Positions 8,402 through 18,299 of a stretch of 32,000 nucleotides of DNA are shown piece by piece; the first letter of the stretch is position 1, and every line of letters begins with the position of its first letter. Made by a program: the position numbers and the translations under genes. The notes below the pieces were generated by a model, which searched no databases, had not been told where the DNA came from, and saw only the letters and a list, made by a program, of their open reading frames with translations. Source of the stretch: Mycolicibacterium smegmatis (GTDB lineage: Bacteria > Actinomycetota > Actinomycetes > Mycobacteriales > Mycobacteriaceae); assembly GCF_001457595.1 (NCBI RefSeq), contig NZ_LN831039.1, forward strand, positions 2,550,001-2,582,000. The letters are read 5' to 3'.

Positions 8402-9536
8402 GGTTGAAAGTCTGCCAGTCGATCAGTCGGTGGGCCCGCAGTCTCCGGACGCGCCCCGGGATTCGGAGGAAACCATCAGGGACGTGCTGCTCGCGCACGC
8501 GACGCGACTCGGCCTCGCCGCGATCCCGCGCATGTCCGACCGGCGTAAACACCTTCTGCTGGGCGGACGTTCGGTCACGGTCGACGGCAACACCCTGGAC
8601 ACCACGATGCAGTTCATGCTCACCACCCAGCGATTGGCGGGGTTGCCCGGACTGGTCGCCGACTACGACCCTGAGCACGGCGTGGCGGTCTCGCGTGCCA
8701 AGTTGCGGGAGACCGCGGCGATGATGCGGATGCCCATCCACGTCGACGTCAGCGACATCTCGATACCCGGACCGGCCGGACCGCTTGCCGCGCGCCGCTA
8801 TGTGCCGGTCGAGCGCGGATCGGCGAGCGCGCTCGTCCTGTACTTCCATGGCGGCGGGTTCGTCATAGGTGATCTGGAGGTCCACGACAACCTGTGCCGC
8901 CTCATCTGCCGCGACGGTGATGTCCAGGTGGTCTCGGTCGACTACCGTCTGGCCCCCGAGCACAAGGCGCCCGCGGCTGCCGAGGACGCCTACGCGGCCT
9001 ATCAGTGGGCACTCGAACACGCCGGGGGTCTCGGCGCGTCCCGCATCGTGGTCGCGGGCGACAGCGCGGGCGGCAACCTGGCCGCGGTGGTGTCGCAGTG
9101 GGCCCGCGACGACGAGCTGCCACTGCCCGCCCTGCAGGTGCTGCTGTACCCGATCACCGACTGGGTCAGCGAGACCCGCTCACGCACGCTGTTCTCCGAC
9201 GGGTACTTCCTGAACAGACAGGACATGGACTGGTTCGCGGGCCACTACCTCGACGGCGCCGACGTCACCCCCGAGGATCCCGCGGTGTCGCCTCTGCTGG
9301 CCGAGGACCTGTCGGGGCTGCCGCCCGCGCTGGTGGTCACCGCGGGCTTCGATCCGCTGCGTGACGAGGGCAATCGCTACGCGGCCGCGATGCGCGACGC
9401 GGGTGTTCTGGTCGACCTGCGTGAAGAGCGCTCGATGATCCACGCGTTCGCGAACTTCTTCCCGCTCGGAGGCGGCGGCGCCGCCGCGACGACCGCGATG
9501 ATCTCGGCGCTGCGGGCACATCTCAGGCACGTCTGA
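8400..9536 (+). CDS. lipN: Alpha/beta hydrolase, HSL-family esterase/lipase (LipN-like)
   Basis: HSL-type oxyanion motif YFHGGGFV, nucleophile GDSAGGN, GFDPLRDEG, and catalytic-His segment MIHAFANFF. Start codon inferred at 8400; the track ORF from 8166 is an extension antisense to the AKR. Confidence 0.85.
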   Translation: MVESLPVDQSVGPQSPDAPRDSEETIRDVLLAHATRLGLAAIPRMSDRRKHLLLGGRSVTVDGNTLDTTMQFMLTTQRLAGLPGLVADYDPEHGVAVSRAKLRETAAMMRMPIHVDVSDISIPGPAGPLAARRYVPVERGSASALVLYFHGGGFVIGDLEVHDNLCRLICRDGDVQVVSVDYRLAPEHKAPAAAEDAYAAYQWALEHAGGLGASRIVVAGDSAGGNLAAVVSQWARDDELPLPALQVLLYPITDWVSETRSRTLFSDGYFLNRQDMDWFAGHYLDGADVTPEDPAVSPLLAEDLSGLPPALVVTAGFDPLRDEGNRYAAAMRDAGVLVDLREERSMIHAFANFFPLGGGGAAATTAMISALRAHLRHV

Positions 9537-9557
9537 GGGTCCTCTCATACGCGCCGG

Positions 9558-9563
9558 TACGCT
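9558..9563 (+). promoter_or_regulatory. Candidate -10 element TACGCT (6 nt before GTG 9570)
   Basis: TANNNT hexamer at leaderless spacing upstream of the DsbA-like gene. Confidence 0.45.
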
Positions 9564-9569
9564 TGTCGC

Positions 9570-10298
9570 GTGGCCAAACCCAAGAAGACCGCCAAGTACG
9601 ACCTGAAAGCCGCCGACCGCAAGCGCAATCTGCTGGTGCAGATCGGCCTGACCGCGGTCGTGGTGCTGTTCGCCGTCGCACTGGTGCTCTACATCGTCAT
9701 GAACGGCGAGAAGAATCCCGATGCGGGCGCGGGCAAGGCCATCCGCGTCGCGTCGAGCGACGTGGTCACCGACGAGGGATCGAGCGACCCGAAGGTCGTG
9801 CTCGGCCTCTACGAAGACTTCCTGTGCCCCGCGTGCGGCAACTTCGAGCGCAGCTTCGGGCCCACCATCTCCAAGCTGATCGACTCCGGCGCGATCGCGG
9901 CGGACTACTACATGGTGGGCATCCTCGACCGGGCCGGCAACGGCTACTCGTCGCGCGCCGGCGGCGCCGGGTACTGCGTGGCCGACGAGTCCACGGACGC
10001 GTTCCGTCGTTTCCACACCGCGCTGTACACACCCGAACTGCAGCCGCAGGAGAACAGCGGCATCTATCCCGACAACGCACGCCTGATCGAACTGGCCCGC
10101 CAGGCCGGCGCCGCGGGCAAGGTGGCCGACTGCATCAACAACGGCCGCTACGTCGAAATGGTCAAGGGGATGGCCGCGGCGACCGGGATCAACGCGACGC
10201 CGACCATCCGGATCAACGGCGAGGATTACAGCCCGACCACGCCCGACGCACTGGTCGCCAAGGTCAAGGAGATCGTCGGCGAGGTTCCGGGGCTCTGA
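9570..10298 (+). CDS. Membrane-anchored DsbA-like thioredoxin-fold oxidoreductase
   Basis: N-terminal TM (LTAVVVLFAVALVLYIVM), active site EDFLCPACGNFERSFG (CPAC), TINGEDYSPTTPDALVAKV. Confidence 0.9.
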   Translation: MAKPKKTAKYDLKAADRKRNLLVQIGLTAVVVLFAVALVLYIVMNGEKNPDAGAGKAIRVASSDVVTDEGSSDPKVVLGLYEDFLCPACGNFERSFGPTISKLIDSGAIAADYYMVGILDRAGNGYSSRAGGAGYCVADESTDAFRRFHTALYTPELQPQENSGIYPDNARLIELARQAGAAGKVADCINNGRYVEMVKGMAAATGINATPTIRINGEDYSPTTPDALVAKVKEIVGEVPGL

Positions 10299-10930
10299 TG
10301 ACCGTCGCAGCATCCGACACCGACCGGTCGGTGGCCGAGGGCCCCGGAGGCCTCGTCGTCGGAAAGCCGAGCGCGGTGTGGGTGCTGATCGCCGGTGTGC
10401 TGGGCCTCGCGGCGTCACTGACGCTGACGGTCGAGAAGATCGAACTGCTGATCAATCCCGACTACGTGCCGTCGTGCAGCATCAACCCGGTGCTGTCGTG
10501 CGGTTCGGTGATGGTCACCTGGCAGGCGTCGCTGTTCGGATTCCCGAACCCGCTGATCGGCATCGTGGCCTTCTCGGTCGTCCTGGTGACGGGCGTGCTC
10601 GCGGTCGCCGGGGTGCGTCTGCCGCGCTGGTACTGGGCCGGGCTCGCGACGGGCACCGCGCTGGGAGCGGTGTTCGTGCACTGGCTGATCTTCCAGAGCC
10701 TGTACCGCATCGGGGCCCTGTGCCCCTACTGCATGGTGGTGTGGGCCGTGACGATCCCGCTGGCCGTGGTTACGGCCGTCATCGCGCTGCGCGCGCGGGC
10801 CGGCGACGCGGACGCGGGTCCCGGCAACATCGTCCACCAGTGGCGATGGTCCCTGGTGGCGCTGTGGTTCACCGCACTTGTGCTTTTGATCCTGGTGCGG
10901 TTCTGGGAATACTGGTCAACACTGCTTTGA
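10298..10930 (+). CDS. Vitamin K epoxide reductase (VKOR/DsbB-functional) family protein
   Basis: Multi-TM protein with CSINPVLSCGSVM and redox CPYC (IGALCPYCMVVW). ATG 10298 overlaps the TGA of the DsbA-like gene. Confidence 0.92.
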   Translation: MTVAASDTDRSVAEGPGGLVVGKPSAVWVLIAGVLGLAASLTLTVEKIELLINPDYVPSCSINPVLSCGSVMVTWQASLFGFPNPLIGIVAFSVVLVTGVLAVAGVRLPRWYWAGLATGTALGAVFVHWLIFQSLYRIGALCPYCMVVWAVTIPLAVVTAVIALRARAGDADAGPGNIVHQWRWSLVALWFTALVLLILVRFWEYWSTLL

Positions 10931-10960
10931 CAATCCGGAAATAGACACAGCGGTTAGGGT
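10927..10960 (+). promoter_or_regulatory. Candidate pyc promoter: TTGACA (10927-10932) and TAGGGT (10955-10960)
   Basis: Both hexamers present, but the 22-nt spacer is longer than standard. TAGGGT is 5 nt before GTG 10966. Confidence 0.4.
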
Positions 10961-10965
10961 TACGC

Positions 10966-13900
10966 GTGATCTCCAAGGTGCTCGTCGCCAACCGCGGCGA
11001 AATCGCGATCCGCGCATTCCGTGCTGCGTACGAGATGGGCATCGCCACGGTGGCGGTGTATCCGTACGAGGACCGGAATTCGCTCCATCGGCTCAAGGCC
11101 GACGAGTCATATCAGATCGGCGAGGTGGGTCATCCCGTCCGCGCGTATCTGTCGGTCGACGAGATCATCCGCGTCGCCAAGCATTCGGGCGCCGACGCGG
11201 TGTACCCGGGCTACGGCTTCCTGTCGGAGAACCCCGATCTGGCGGCCAAGTGCGCCGAGGCGGGTATCACGTTCGTGGGACCGTCCGCCGAGGTGCTGCA
11301 GCTCACGGGTAACAAGGCACGCGCGATCGCCGCGGCGCGCGCCGCGGGCCTTCCCGTGCTGAGTTCGTCGGAGCCGTCGTCGTCGGTGGACGAGTTGATG
11401 GCCGCTGCCGCCGACATGGAGTTCCCGCTGTTCGTCAAGGCGGTCTCGGGTGGCGGCGGGCGCGGCATGCGCCGCGTCACCGACCGCGAGTCCCTGGCCG
11501 AGGCGATCGAGGCGGCCTCGCGGGAGGCCGAGTCGGCGTTCGGCGACGCGTCGGTGTACCTGGAGCAGGCCGTGCTCAACCCGCGTCACATCGAGGTGCA
11601 GATCCTCGCCGACGGCGCGGGCAACGTCATGCACCTGTTCGAGCGTGACTGCAGCGTGCAGCGCAGGCATCAGAAGGTCGTCGAGCTGGCGCCCGCGCCC
11701 AACCTGAGTGACGAACTGCGCCAACAGATCTGCGCCGACGCCGTGGCCTTCGCGCGCCAGATCGGGTACTCGTGCGCGGGCACCGTCGAGTTCCTGCTCG
11801 ACGAGCGCGGCCATCACGTGTTCATCGAGTGCAATCCGCGAATCCAGGTGGAGCACACGGTGACCGAGGAGATCACCGACGTGGACCTGGTGTCCTCGCA
11901 GTTGCGCATCGCCGCGGGCGAGACGCTCGCCGATCTCGGTCTGTCCCAGGACCGGCTCGTGGTGCGTGGCGCGGCCATGCAGTGCCGCATCACCACCGAG
12001 GACCCGGCCAACGGCTTCCGACCCGACACCGGCCGCATCACCGCGTACCGCTCGCCGGGCGGCGCGGGCATCCGCCTCGACGGCGGCACCAACCTGGGTG
12101 CGGAGATCTCGGCGCACTTCGACTCCATGCTGGTCAAGCTGACGTGCCGGGGACGCGACTTCTCGGCCGCGGCCTCGCGCGCGCGCCGCGCCCTGGCGGA
12201 GTTCCGCATCCGCGGTGTGTCGACCAACATCCCGTTCCTGCAGGCGGTCATCGACGATCCGGACTTCCGCGCCGGACGGGTGACGACGTCGTTCATCGAC
12301 GACCGGCCGCATCTATTGACCTCGCGGTCTCCTGCCGACCGCGGCACCAGGATCCTCAACTACCTGGCCGACATCACGGTCAACAAGCCGCACGGCGAAC
12401 GGCCTTCGACGGTTTACCCGCAGGACAAGCTGCCGCCGCTGGATCTGCAGGCGCCGCCGCCCGCGGGATCCAAACAGCGCCTCGTGGAACTGGGGCCCGA
12501 GGGTTTCGCGGGCTGGCTGCGCGAATCCAAGGCCGTCGGCGTCACCGACACGACGTTCCGCGACGCGCACCAGTCGCTGCTGGCCACGCGTGTGCGCACC
12601 ACCGGTCTGCTGATGGTGGCGCCGTACGTCGCACGCTCCATGCCGCAGTTGCTGTCGATCGAGTGCTGGGGCGGCGCGACCTACGATGTGGCCCTTCGCT
12701 TCCTGAAGGAAGACCCGTGGGAGCGGCTGGCGGCGCTGCGCGAGAGCGTGCCCAACATCTGCCTGCAGATGCTGCTGCGGGGACGCAACACCGTGGGCTA
12801 CACGCCGTACCCGGAACTGGTCACCTCGGCGTTCGTCGAGGAGGCCGCGGCGACCGGTATCGACATCTTCCGGATCTTCGACGCGCTCAACAACGTCGAG
12901 TCGATGCGGCCCGCGATCGACGCGGTGCGGGAAACCGGTTCGACCATCGCCGAAGTCGCGATGTGCTACACGGGCGACCTCAGCGATCCCGCGGAGAACC
13001 TCTACACGCTCGACTACTACCTGAAGCTGGCCGAGCAGATCGTCGAGGCCGGCGCCCACGTGCTGGCGATCAAGGACATGGCCGGTCTGCTGCGCGCCCC
13101 GGCCGCCCACACGCTCGTGAGCGCGTTGCGCAGCCGGTTCGATCTGCCCGTGCACGTGCACACCCACGACACCCCGGGCGGTCAGCTCGCGACGTACCTC
13201 GCGGCGTGGTCGGCCGGCGCGGACGCGGTGGACGGCGCCTCGGCGCCGATGGCCGGGACCACGAGCCAGCCCGCGCTGAGCTCGATCGTCGCGGCGGCCG
13301 CGCACACCCAGTACGACACGGGCCTGGACCTGCGTGCGGTGTGCGACCTTGAGCCCTACTGGGAGGCGGTGAGAAAGGTCTACGCGCCGTTCGAGTCCGG
13401 GCTGCCCGGGCCAACCGGCCGCGTCTACACCCACGAGATTCCCGGTGGGCAGTTGAGCAACCTGCGTCAGCAGGCCATCGCGTTGGGCCTCGGCGACCGG
13501 TTCGAGGAGATCGAGGCCAATTACGCTGCGGCCGACCGGGTTCTGGGACGGCTCGTGAAGGTGACCCCGTCGTCGAAGGTGGTCGGGGACCTGGCGCTGG
13601 CGCTCGTGGGTGCGGGCATCACCGCCGAGGAGTTCGCCGAGGATCCCGCGAAGTACGACATCCCCGACAGCGTGATCGGCTTCCTGCGCGGTGAACTCGG
13701 GGATCCGCCGGGCGGATGGCCGGAACCGTTGCGCACCAAGGCGCTCCAGGGCCGCGGACCGGCCCGGCCGGTCGAGAAGCTGACCGCCGACGACGAGGCG
13801 TTGCTCGCCCAGCCCGGGCCCAAGCGGCAGGCCGCGTTGAACCGCCTGCTTTTCCCCGGGCCCACCGCCGAGTTCGAGGCGCACCGCGAAACCTACGGCG

Positions 13901-14349
13901 ACACCTCATCCCTCAGCGCGAACCAGTTCTTCTACGGGCTGCGCTACGGCGAGGAGCACCGCGTGCAACTCGAACGTGGCGTGGAACTGCTGATCGGGCT
14001 TGAGGCGATCTCGGAGGCCGACGAGCGCGGCATGCGCACCGTGATGTGCATCATCAACGGTCAGCTGCGCCCGGTTCTCGTGCGCGACCGCAGCATCGCC
14101 AGCGAGGTGCCCGCCGCCGAAAAGGCCGACCGCAACAATGCCGACCACATCGCCGCGCCCTTCGCCGGTGTGGTGACCGTCGGTGTCGCAGAAGGTGACT
14201 CGGTGGACGCGGGACAAACCATCGCGACGATCGAGGCGATGAAGATGGAGGCCGCCATCACCGCGCCCAAGGCAGGCACCGTCGCGCGCGTCGCGGTCGC
14301 GGCGACCGCCCAGGTCGAGGGCGGCGATCTGCTGGTGGTGGTCAGCTGA
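10966..14349 (+). CDS. pyc: Pyruvate carboxylase
   Basis: 1127 aa with biotin carboxylase domain ([37 protein letters not shown]), carboxyltransferase domain ([36 protein letters not shown]) and C-terminal biotin motif EAMKME. GTG start. Confidence 0.98.
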   Translation: MISKVLVANRGEIAIRAFRAAYEMGIATVAVYPYEDRNSLHRLKADESYQIGEVGHPVRAYLSVDEIIRVAKHSGADAVYPGYGFLSENPDLAAKCAEAGITFVGPSAEVLQLTGNKARAIAAARAAGLPVLSSSEPSSSVDELMAAAADMEFPLFVKAVSGGGGRGMRRVTDRESLAEAIEAASREAESAFGDASVYLEQAVLNPRHIEVQILADGAGNVMHLFERDCSVQRRHQKVVELAPAPNLSDELRQQICADAVAFARQIGYSCAGTVEFLLDERGHHVFIECNPRIQVEHTVTEEITDVDLVSSQLRIAAGETLADLGLSQDRLVVRGAAMQCRITTEDPANGFRPDTGRITAYRSPGGAGIRLDGGTNLGAEISAHFDSMLVKLTCRGRDFSAAASRARRALAEFRIRGVSTNIPFLQAVIDDPDFRAGRVTTSFIDDRPHLLTSRSPADRGTRILNYLADITVNKPHGERPSTVYPQDKLPPLDLQAPPPAGSKQRLVELGPEGFAGWLRESKAVGVTDTTFRDAHQSLLATRVRTTGLLMVAPYVARSMPQLLSIECWGGATYDVALRFLKEDPWERLAALRESVPNICLQMLLRGRNTVGYTPYPELVTSAFVEEAAATGIDIFRIFDALNNVESMRPAIDAVRETGSTIAEVAMCYTGDLSDPAENLYTLDYYLKLAEQIVEAGAHVLAIKDMAGLLRAPAAHTLVSALRSRFDLPVHVHTHDTPGGQLATYLAAWSAGADAVDGASAPMAGTTSQPALSSIVAAAAHTQYDTGLDLRAVCDLEPYWEAVRKVYAPFESGLPGPTGRVYTHEIPGGQLSNLRQQAIALGLGDRFEEIEANYAAADRVLGRLVKVTPSSKVVGDLALALVGAGITAEEFAEDPAKYDIPDSVIGFLRGELGDPPGGWPEPLRTKALQGRGPARPVEKLTADDEALLAQPGPKRQAALNRLLFPGPTAEFEAHRETYGDTSSLSANQFFYGLRYGEEHRVQLERGVELLIGLEAISEADERGMRTVMCIINGQLRPVLVRDRSIASEVPAAEKADRNNADHIAAPFAGVVTVGVAEGDSVDAGQTIATIEAMKMEAAITAPKAGTVARVAVAATAQVEGGDLLVVVS

Positions 14350-14900
14350 CCCGGATCATCGCGGGCTTTCTGGGTGGCCGACGCATCGAGGTGCCCAAGA
14401 GCGGTACCCGGCCCACCTCCGACCGGGTGCGCGAGGCGGTGTTCAACGCCCTGGCCGCGCGTCTGGACTTCGCTGGTCTGGCCGTGCTCGATCTGTACGC
14501 CGGATCGGGCGCCCTTGGGCTGGAGGCGATTTCGCGTGGCGCGAGCTCGGCGTTGTTCGTCGAGTCCGATCAGCGTGCGGCCGCGGTGATCGCCAAAAAC
14601 ATCGCGGCACTCGACGTCGCGGGTGCCACCGTGCGACGCGGCACCGCCGAATCGGTGCTGGCCGCGGGTACCACGCGCCCCGTGGACCTGGTGCTGGCGG
14701 ACCCGCCGTACGACGTCGACGCACGCACCGTCGACGCGCTGGTGGTGGCGCTGGCCGACGGTGGATGGGTGCGCGCGGGCACGGTCGTCATGGTCGAACG
14801 GCGCTTCAACAGCGACCTCGTGACCTGGCCCGACGGCTGGACGGCGTTGAGTGCGCGCCGCTACGGCGACACGCGCGTCGAACTCGCGGAGGTCGGCTGA
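14346..14900 (+). CDS. rsmD: 16S rRNA (guanine(966)-N2)-methyltransferase RsmD, predicted CTG start
   Basis: Conserved [19 protein letters not shown] and LADPPYD motifs. Conserved N-terminus [33 protein letters not shown] is encoded upstream of the track GTG (14391); CTG at 14346 is the position-equivalent initiator (see findings). Confidence 0.85.
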   Translation: MTRIIAGFLGGRRIEVPKSGTRPTSDRVREAVFNALAARLDFAGLAVLDLYAGSGALGLEAISRGASSALFVESDQRAAAVIAKNIAALDVAGATVRRGTAESVLAAGTTRPVDLVLADPPYDVDARTVDALVVALADGGWVRAGTVVMVERRFNSDLVTWPDGWTALSARRYGDTRVELAEVG

Positions 14901-14911
14901 GCGTCGCCCTG

Positions 14912-14917
14912 TACCGT
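14912..14917 (+). promoter_or_regulatory. Candidate -10 element TACCGT (8 nt before ATG 14926, coaD)
   Basis: TANNNT hexamer at leaderless spacing. Confidence 0.45.
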
Positions 14918-14925
14918 CGTCACCC

Positions 14926-15402
14926 ATGAGCGGCGCGGTATGCCCCGGTTCCTTCGACCCGGTGACCCTCGGTCACATCGACGTCTTCGAGCGTGCCTCG
15001 GCGCAGTTCGACGAGGTCGTGGTGGCGGTTCTGGTGAACCCCAACAAGAAGGGCATGTTCGACCTCGACGAGCGCATCGCGATGATCGAGGAGTCCACGA
15101 CCCATCTGCCGAATCTGCGGGTCGAATCGGGACAGGGGCTGGTGGTCGACTTCGTGAAGTCGCGCGGCCTGACCGCGATCGTCAAGGGTCTGCGCACCGG
15201 CACCGACTTCGAGTACGAACTGCAGATGGCGCAGATGAACAAGCACGTCGCAGGCGTCGACACGTTCTTCGTCGCGACGACACCGCAGTACTCGTTCGTG
15301 TCGTCGTCGCTGGCCAAGGAGGTCGCGTCCCTCGGTGGCGACGTGTCGGCGCTGCTGCCGTCGCCGGTGAACCGCAGACTGCAGGAGAAGCTCAACGGTT
15401 GA
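14926..15402 (+). CDS. coaD: Phosphopantetheine adenylyltransferase
   Basis: [68 protein letters not shown] at 14926. Confidence 0.96.
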   Translation: MSGAVCPGSFDPVTLGHIDVFERASAQFDEVVVAVLVNPNKKGMFDLDERIAMIEESTTHLPNLRVESGQGLVVDFVKSRGLTAIVKGLRTGTDFEYELQMAQMNKHVAGVDTFFVATTPQYSFVSSSLAKEVASLGGDVSALLPSPVNRRLQEKLNG

Positions 15403-15421
15403 ACCCGGCCGGTAGGGGGTA
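15397..15421 (+). promoter_or_regulatory. Candidate SigF-type promoter GGTTG-N15-GGGTA upstream of hemerythrin
   Basis: Matches the mycobacterial SigF consensus GGTTT-N15-17-GGGTA with one mismatch. Confidence 0.6.
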
Positions 15422-15484
15422 GTCCACGGGCGGCGCACACAGCCCATTGCGCCCATTCCTGAACACCCCCTCGGAGGATTCACC

Positions 15485-16063
15485 GTGGCCGATTCAAAGC
15501 CCAAGACGTTCGTGCAGTCGACCGACGACGTCGTCAGGTTTCTCACCGATCAGCACAACCTGATCAAGGACCTCTTCGAAGAGGTGCTCTCGGCGTCCGG
15601 CGACGACGCCAGGCAGACCGCTTTCGTCGAACTGCGCCAGCTGCTGGCGGTGCACGAGACCGCCGAGGAGATGGTGGTGCACCCGAGGGCGCGCGCCGCG
15701 GTCGACGGCGGCGACAAGATCGTCGACGCGCGCCTCGAAGAGGAACACAAGGCCAAGCAGCAACTGTCCGAGCTCGAGAAGCTCGACATCGGCTCGGCGG
15801 AGTTCATCACCGAACTGGAGAAGTTCCGCGAGGCCGTGCTCGATCACGCCGCCCACGAGGAGGCCGAGGAGTTCGTCAAGCTCTCCCGCGAACTCGACGC
15901 GCAGGAGCTCGAGCGGATGACCAAGGCCGTGCAGGCCGCGGAGGCGATCGCGCCGACGCGTCCGCATGCGGGCGTGGAGTCGGCGTCGCTGAACTTCGCC
16001 GTCGGTCCGTTCGCCTCGATGCTCGACCGGGCGCGGGACCTGATCGGCTCGGCCCTGAAGTAG
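15485..16063 (+). CDS. Hemerythrin HHE-domain protein
   Basis: HHE-like motifs FLTDQHNLIKDLF, HETAEEMVVHPRA, DARLEEEHKAKQQLSELE, HAAHEEAEEF. GGAGG at about 15473 before GTG 15485. Confidence 0.88.
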   Translation: MADSKPKTFVQSTDDVVRFLTDQHNLIKDLFEEVLSASGDDARQTAFVELRQLLAVHETAEEMVVHPRARAAVDGGDKIVDARLEEEHKAKQQLSELEKLDIGSAEFITELEKFREAVLDHAAHEEAEEFVKLSRELDAQELERMTKAVQAAEAIAPTRPHAGVESASLNFAVGPFASMLDRARDLIGSALK

Positions 16064-16141
16064 CGCTGACGTGGTGACCTGGCGTCCGGCAACGCCACAT
16101 GAGCGACACACCGATCATGCTCCACAGTCACAGGCGTAACA

Positions 16142-16174
16142 CCAGGCACACTAGTCACTAACAACTAAGCCTGG
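16142..16174 (+). promoter_or_regulatory. Inverted repeat CCAGGC-N21-GCCTGG overlapping the sepIVA Shine-Dalgarno
   Basis: Arms 16142-16147 and 16169-16174. The SD-like GGAGG is 16173-16177, so the stem would pair its first two G residues. Confidence 0.45.
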
Positions 16175-16185
16175 AGGATGTTGCC

Positions 16186-16923
16186 GTGTACCGAGTTTTT
16201 GAAGCGCTCGACGAGCTCGGCGCGATCGTCGAAGAAGCGCGCGGTGTGCCGATGACCGCCGGCTGCGTCGTCCCTCGCGGGGATGTGCTCGAACTCATCG
16301 ACGACATCAAGGACGCCATTCCCGGTGAACTCGACGACGCACAGGACGTGCTCGATGCCCGCGACTCGCTGCTGCGCGAGGCCAAGGAGCACTCCGAATC
16401 GGTGATCTCGGGTGCCAACGCCGAGGCCGACAGCGTGCTCAGCCATGCCCGTGCCGAGGCCGACCGCCTGCTGGCCGATGCAAAAGCCCAGGCAGACCGC
16501 ATGGTCGCCGAGGCGCGTCAGCACAGCGAGCGGATGGTCACCGAGGCGCGCGAGGAAGCGGCCCGCCTCGCGGCGGCAGCCAAGCGCGAGTACGAGGCCA
16601 GCACCGGCCGCGCCAAGGCCGAGGCCGACCGGCTCATCGAGAACGGCAACATCTCGTACGAGAAGGCGATCCAGGAGGGCATCAAGGAGCAGCAGCGCCT
16701 GGTGTCGCAGACCGAGATCGTGGCGACCGCCAACGCAGAGGCCACGCGGCTCATCGACGCGGCGCACGCCGAGGCCGACCGTCTTCGTGGCGAGTGCGAC
16801 ATCTACGTCGACAGCAAACTGGCCGAGTTCGAGGAGTTTCTCAACGGGACCCTGCGGTCGGTCGGCCGCGGACGTCACCAGTTGCGGACCACCGCGGGGA
16901 CACACGACTACGTGACCCGCTGA
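16186..16923 (+). CDS. sepIVA: DivIVA-domain septation protein, SepIVA-like
   Basis: MYRVFEALDELGAIVEEARGVPMTAGCVVPRGDVLELIDDIKDAIP followed by long Ala/Glu-rich coiled coil (HARAEADRLLADAKAQADRMVAEARQHSERMVTEAREEA). Genomic position between coaD and rnc matches mycobacteria. Confidence 0.85.
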   Translation: MYRVFEALDELGAIVEEARGVPMTAGCVVPRGDVLELIDDIKDAIPGELDDAQDVLDARDSLLREAKEHSESVISGANAEADSVLSHARAEADRLLADAKAQADRMVAEARQHSERMVTEAREEAARLAAAAKREYEASTGRAKAEADRLIENGNISYEKAIQEGIKEQQRLVSQTEIVATANAEATRLIDAAHAEADRLRGECDIYVDSKLAEFEEFLNGTLRSVGRGRHQLRTTAGTHDYVTR

Positions 16924-16980
16924 GCATCTGCTCAACCTGCGGTGACGGCGACGTGCCGCGGCGCGAATATGGCGTCGCCG

Positions 16981-16986
16981 TAGGAT
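16981..16986 (+). promoter_or_regulatory. Candidate -10 element TAGGAT (6 nt before ATG 16993, DUF177-rnc-mutM)
   Basis: TANNNT hexamer at leaderless spacing. Confidence 0.5.
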
Positions 16987-16992
16987 TGCGGT

Positions 16993-17604
16993 ATGGCGAC
17001 GCATGCGAACGCGGCGAAGCACCGCGAGTCACGATCGCCGCTGGTGCTCGATGTCTCACGTCTGGGCAGGCGGCCCGGGTCGATGTTGACGCACCGCGAG
17101 ACCGTGCCCAGCCCCGCACGAATCGGCTTGGATCTCATCGCGATTCGACCGGGCGCTGAACTCGACCTCGATCTGCGGCTGGAATCGGTTTCCGAGGGCG
17201 TACTGGTGACCGGGACGGTCTCGGCGCACACCGAGGGTGAGTGTGCGCGGTGCCTGACCGCGATCAGCGGCGACGTCGAGATCGACCTCACCGAGTTGTA
17301 CGCCTACCCCGACAGCACCACCGACGAGACGTCGGAGTCCGACGAGATCGCCCGGGTCGGCGCGAGCGGTCGACCCGACACCGTCGACCTGGAACAGCCG
17401 ATCGTCGACGCGGTCGGTATGTCCCTTCCGTTCGCGCCGCTGTGCCAACCGGACTGCCCCGGACTGTGCCCGGACTGTGGCATCCCGCTGGCCACGGCCG
17501 AACCGGGCCACGGTCACGAGAAGATCGATCCGCGGTGGGCCAAGCTCGCAGGCATGCTGCAGGACGATTCGAAGGACAGGGACAGAGCCGGGGGAGATGC
17601 GTGA
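16993..17604 (+). CDS. DUF177 (YceD family) protein
   Basis: [34 protein letters not shown]-like core and C-terminal [14 protein letters not shown] metal-ribbon-like motif. Immediately upstream of rnc. Confidence 0.88.
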   Translation: MATHANAAKHRESRSPLVLDVSRLGRRPGSMLTHRETVPSPARIGLDLIAIRPGAELDLDLRLESVSEGVLVTGTVSAHTEGECARCLTAISGDVEIDLTELYAYPDSTTDETSESDEIARVGASGRPDTVDLEQPIVDAVGMSLPFAPLCQPDCPGLCPDCGIPLATAEPGHGHEKIDPRWAKLAGMLQDDSKDRDRAGGDA

Positions 17605-18293
17605 CCGATTCGCATGCAGCGCTGTTGGAGGCGCTGGGTGTGGCACTGCCTGCCGAGTTGTTGACGATCGCCCTGACCCACCGCAGCTATTCGTATGAGA
17701 ACGGCGGCCTGCCGACCAACGAGCGCCTGGAATTCCTCGGCGACGCCGTGCTCGGCCTGACCATCACCGAAGAGCTGTACCACCGCCATCCCGACCGTGC
17801 CGAGGGTGATCTCGCGAAGCTGCGAGCCAGCATCGTCAACACCCAGGCGCTCGCCGACGTCGGCCGCGGGCTCACCGACGAGGGCCTCGGTGCGCATCTG
17901 TTCCTCGGCAAGGGCGAGGAGAACTCCGGCGGCGCCGACAAGTCGAGCATTCTCGCCGACGGTGTCGAATCCCTCTTGGGTGCAATCTATCTCGAACACG
18001 GCCTGACCGTTGTCCGCGAGGTCATCCTGCGCCTGTTCGGCGAGCTCCTCGACACCGCGCCCACCCTCGGTGCGGGCCTGGACTGGAAGAGCAGTCTGCA
18101 GGAACTCACCGCGGCGCGCGGTCTCGGCGCACCGGCGTACGTGGTGACCTCGACCGGGCCCGATCACGACAAGGAGTTCTCGGCCACCGTGGTGATCGGC
18201 GAGGCCGAGTACGGCCACGGTGTGGGCCGGACCAAGAAAGAGGCCGAACTCAAGGCCGCCGCGAGCGCCTACAAGACGCTCGACGAGTCGTGA
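17601..18293 (+). CDS. rnc: Ribonuclease III
   Basis: GTG at 17601 (GTGA overlap with DUF177 stop). [13 protein letters not shown] signature, [17 protein letters not shown]-terminal dsRBD ([14 protein letters not shown]...[16 protein letters not shown]). Confidence 0.95.
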   Translation: MTDSHAALLEALGVALPAELLTIALTHRSYSYENGGLPTNERLEFLGDAVLGLTITEELYHRHPDRAEGDLAKLRASIVNTQALADVGRGLTDEGLGAHLFLGKGEENSGGADKSSILADGVESLLGAIYLEHGLTVVREVILRLFGELLDTAPTLGAGLDWKSSLQELTAARGLGAPAYVVTSTGPDHDKEFSATVVIGEAEYGHGVGRTKKEAELKAAASAYKTLDES

Positions 18294-18299
18294 TCGCCG

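Noticed and set aside
10927-10932. TTGACA as a standard -35 box for pyc
   Set aside because: The spacer to TAGGGT is 22 nt, too long for a classical promoter. Kept only as a low-confidence element.
11107-13884. Long minus-strand ORFs (401 and 523 aa) and a 526-aa plus-strand ORF over pyc
   Set aside because: All overlap the unambiguous pyruvate carboxylase frame and have compositionally biased translations without domains.
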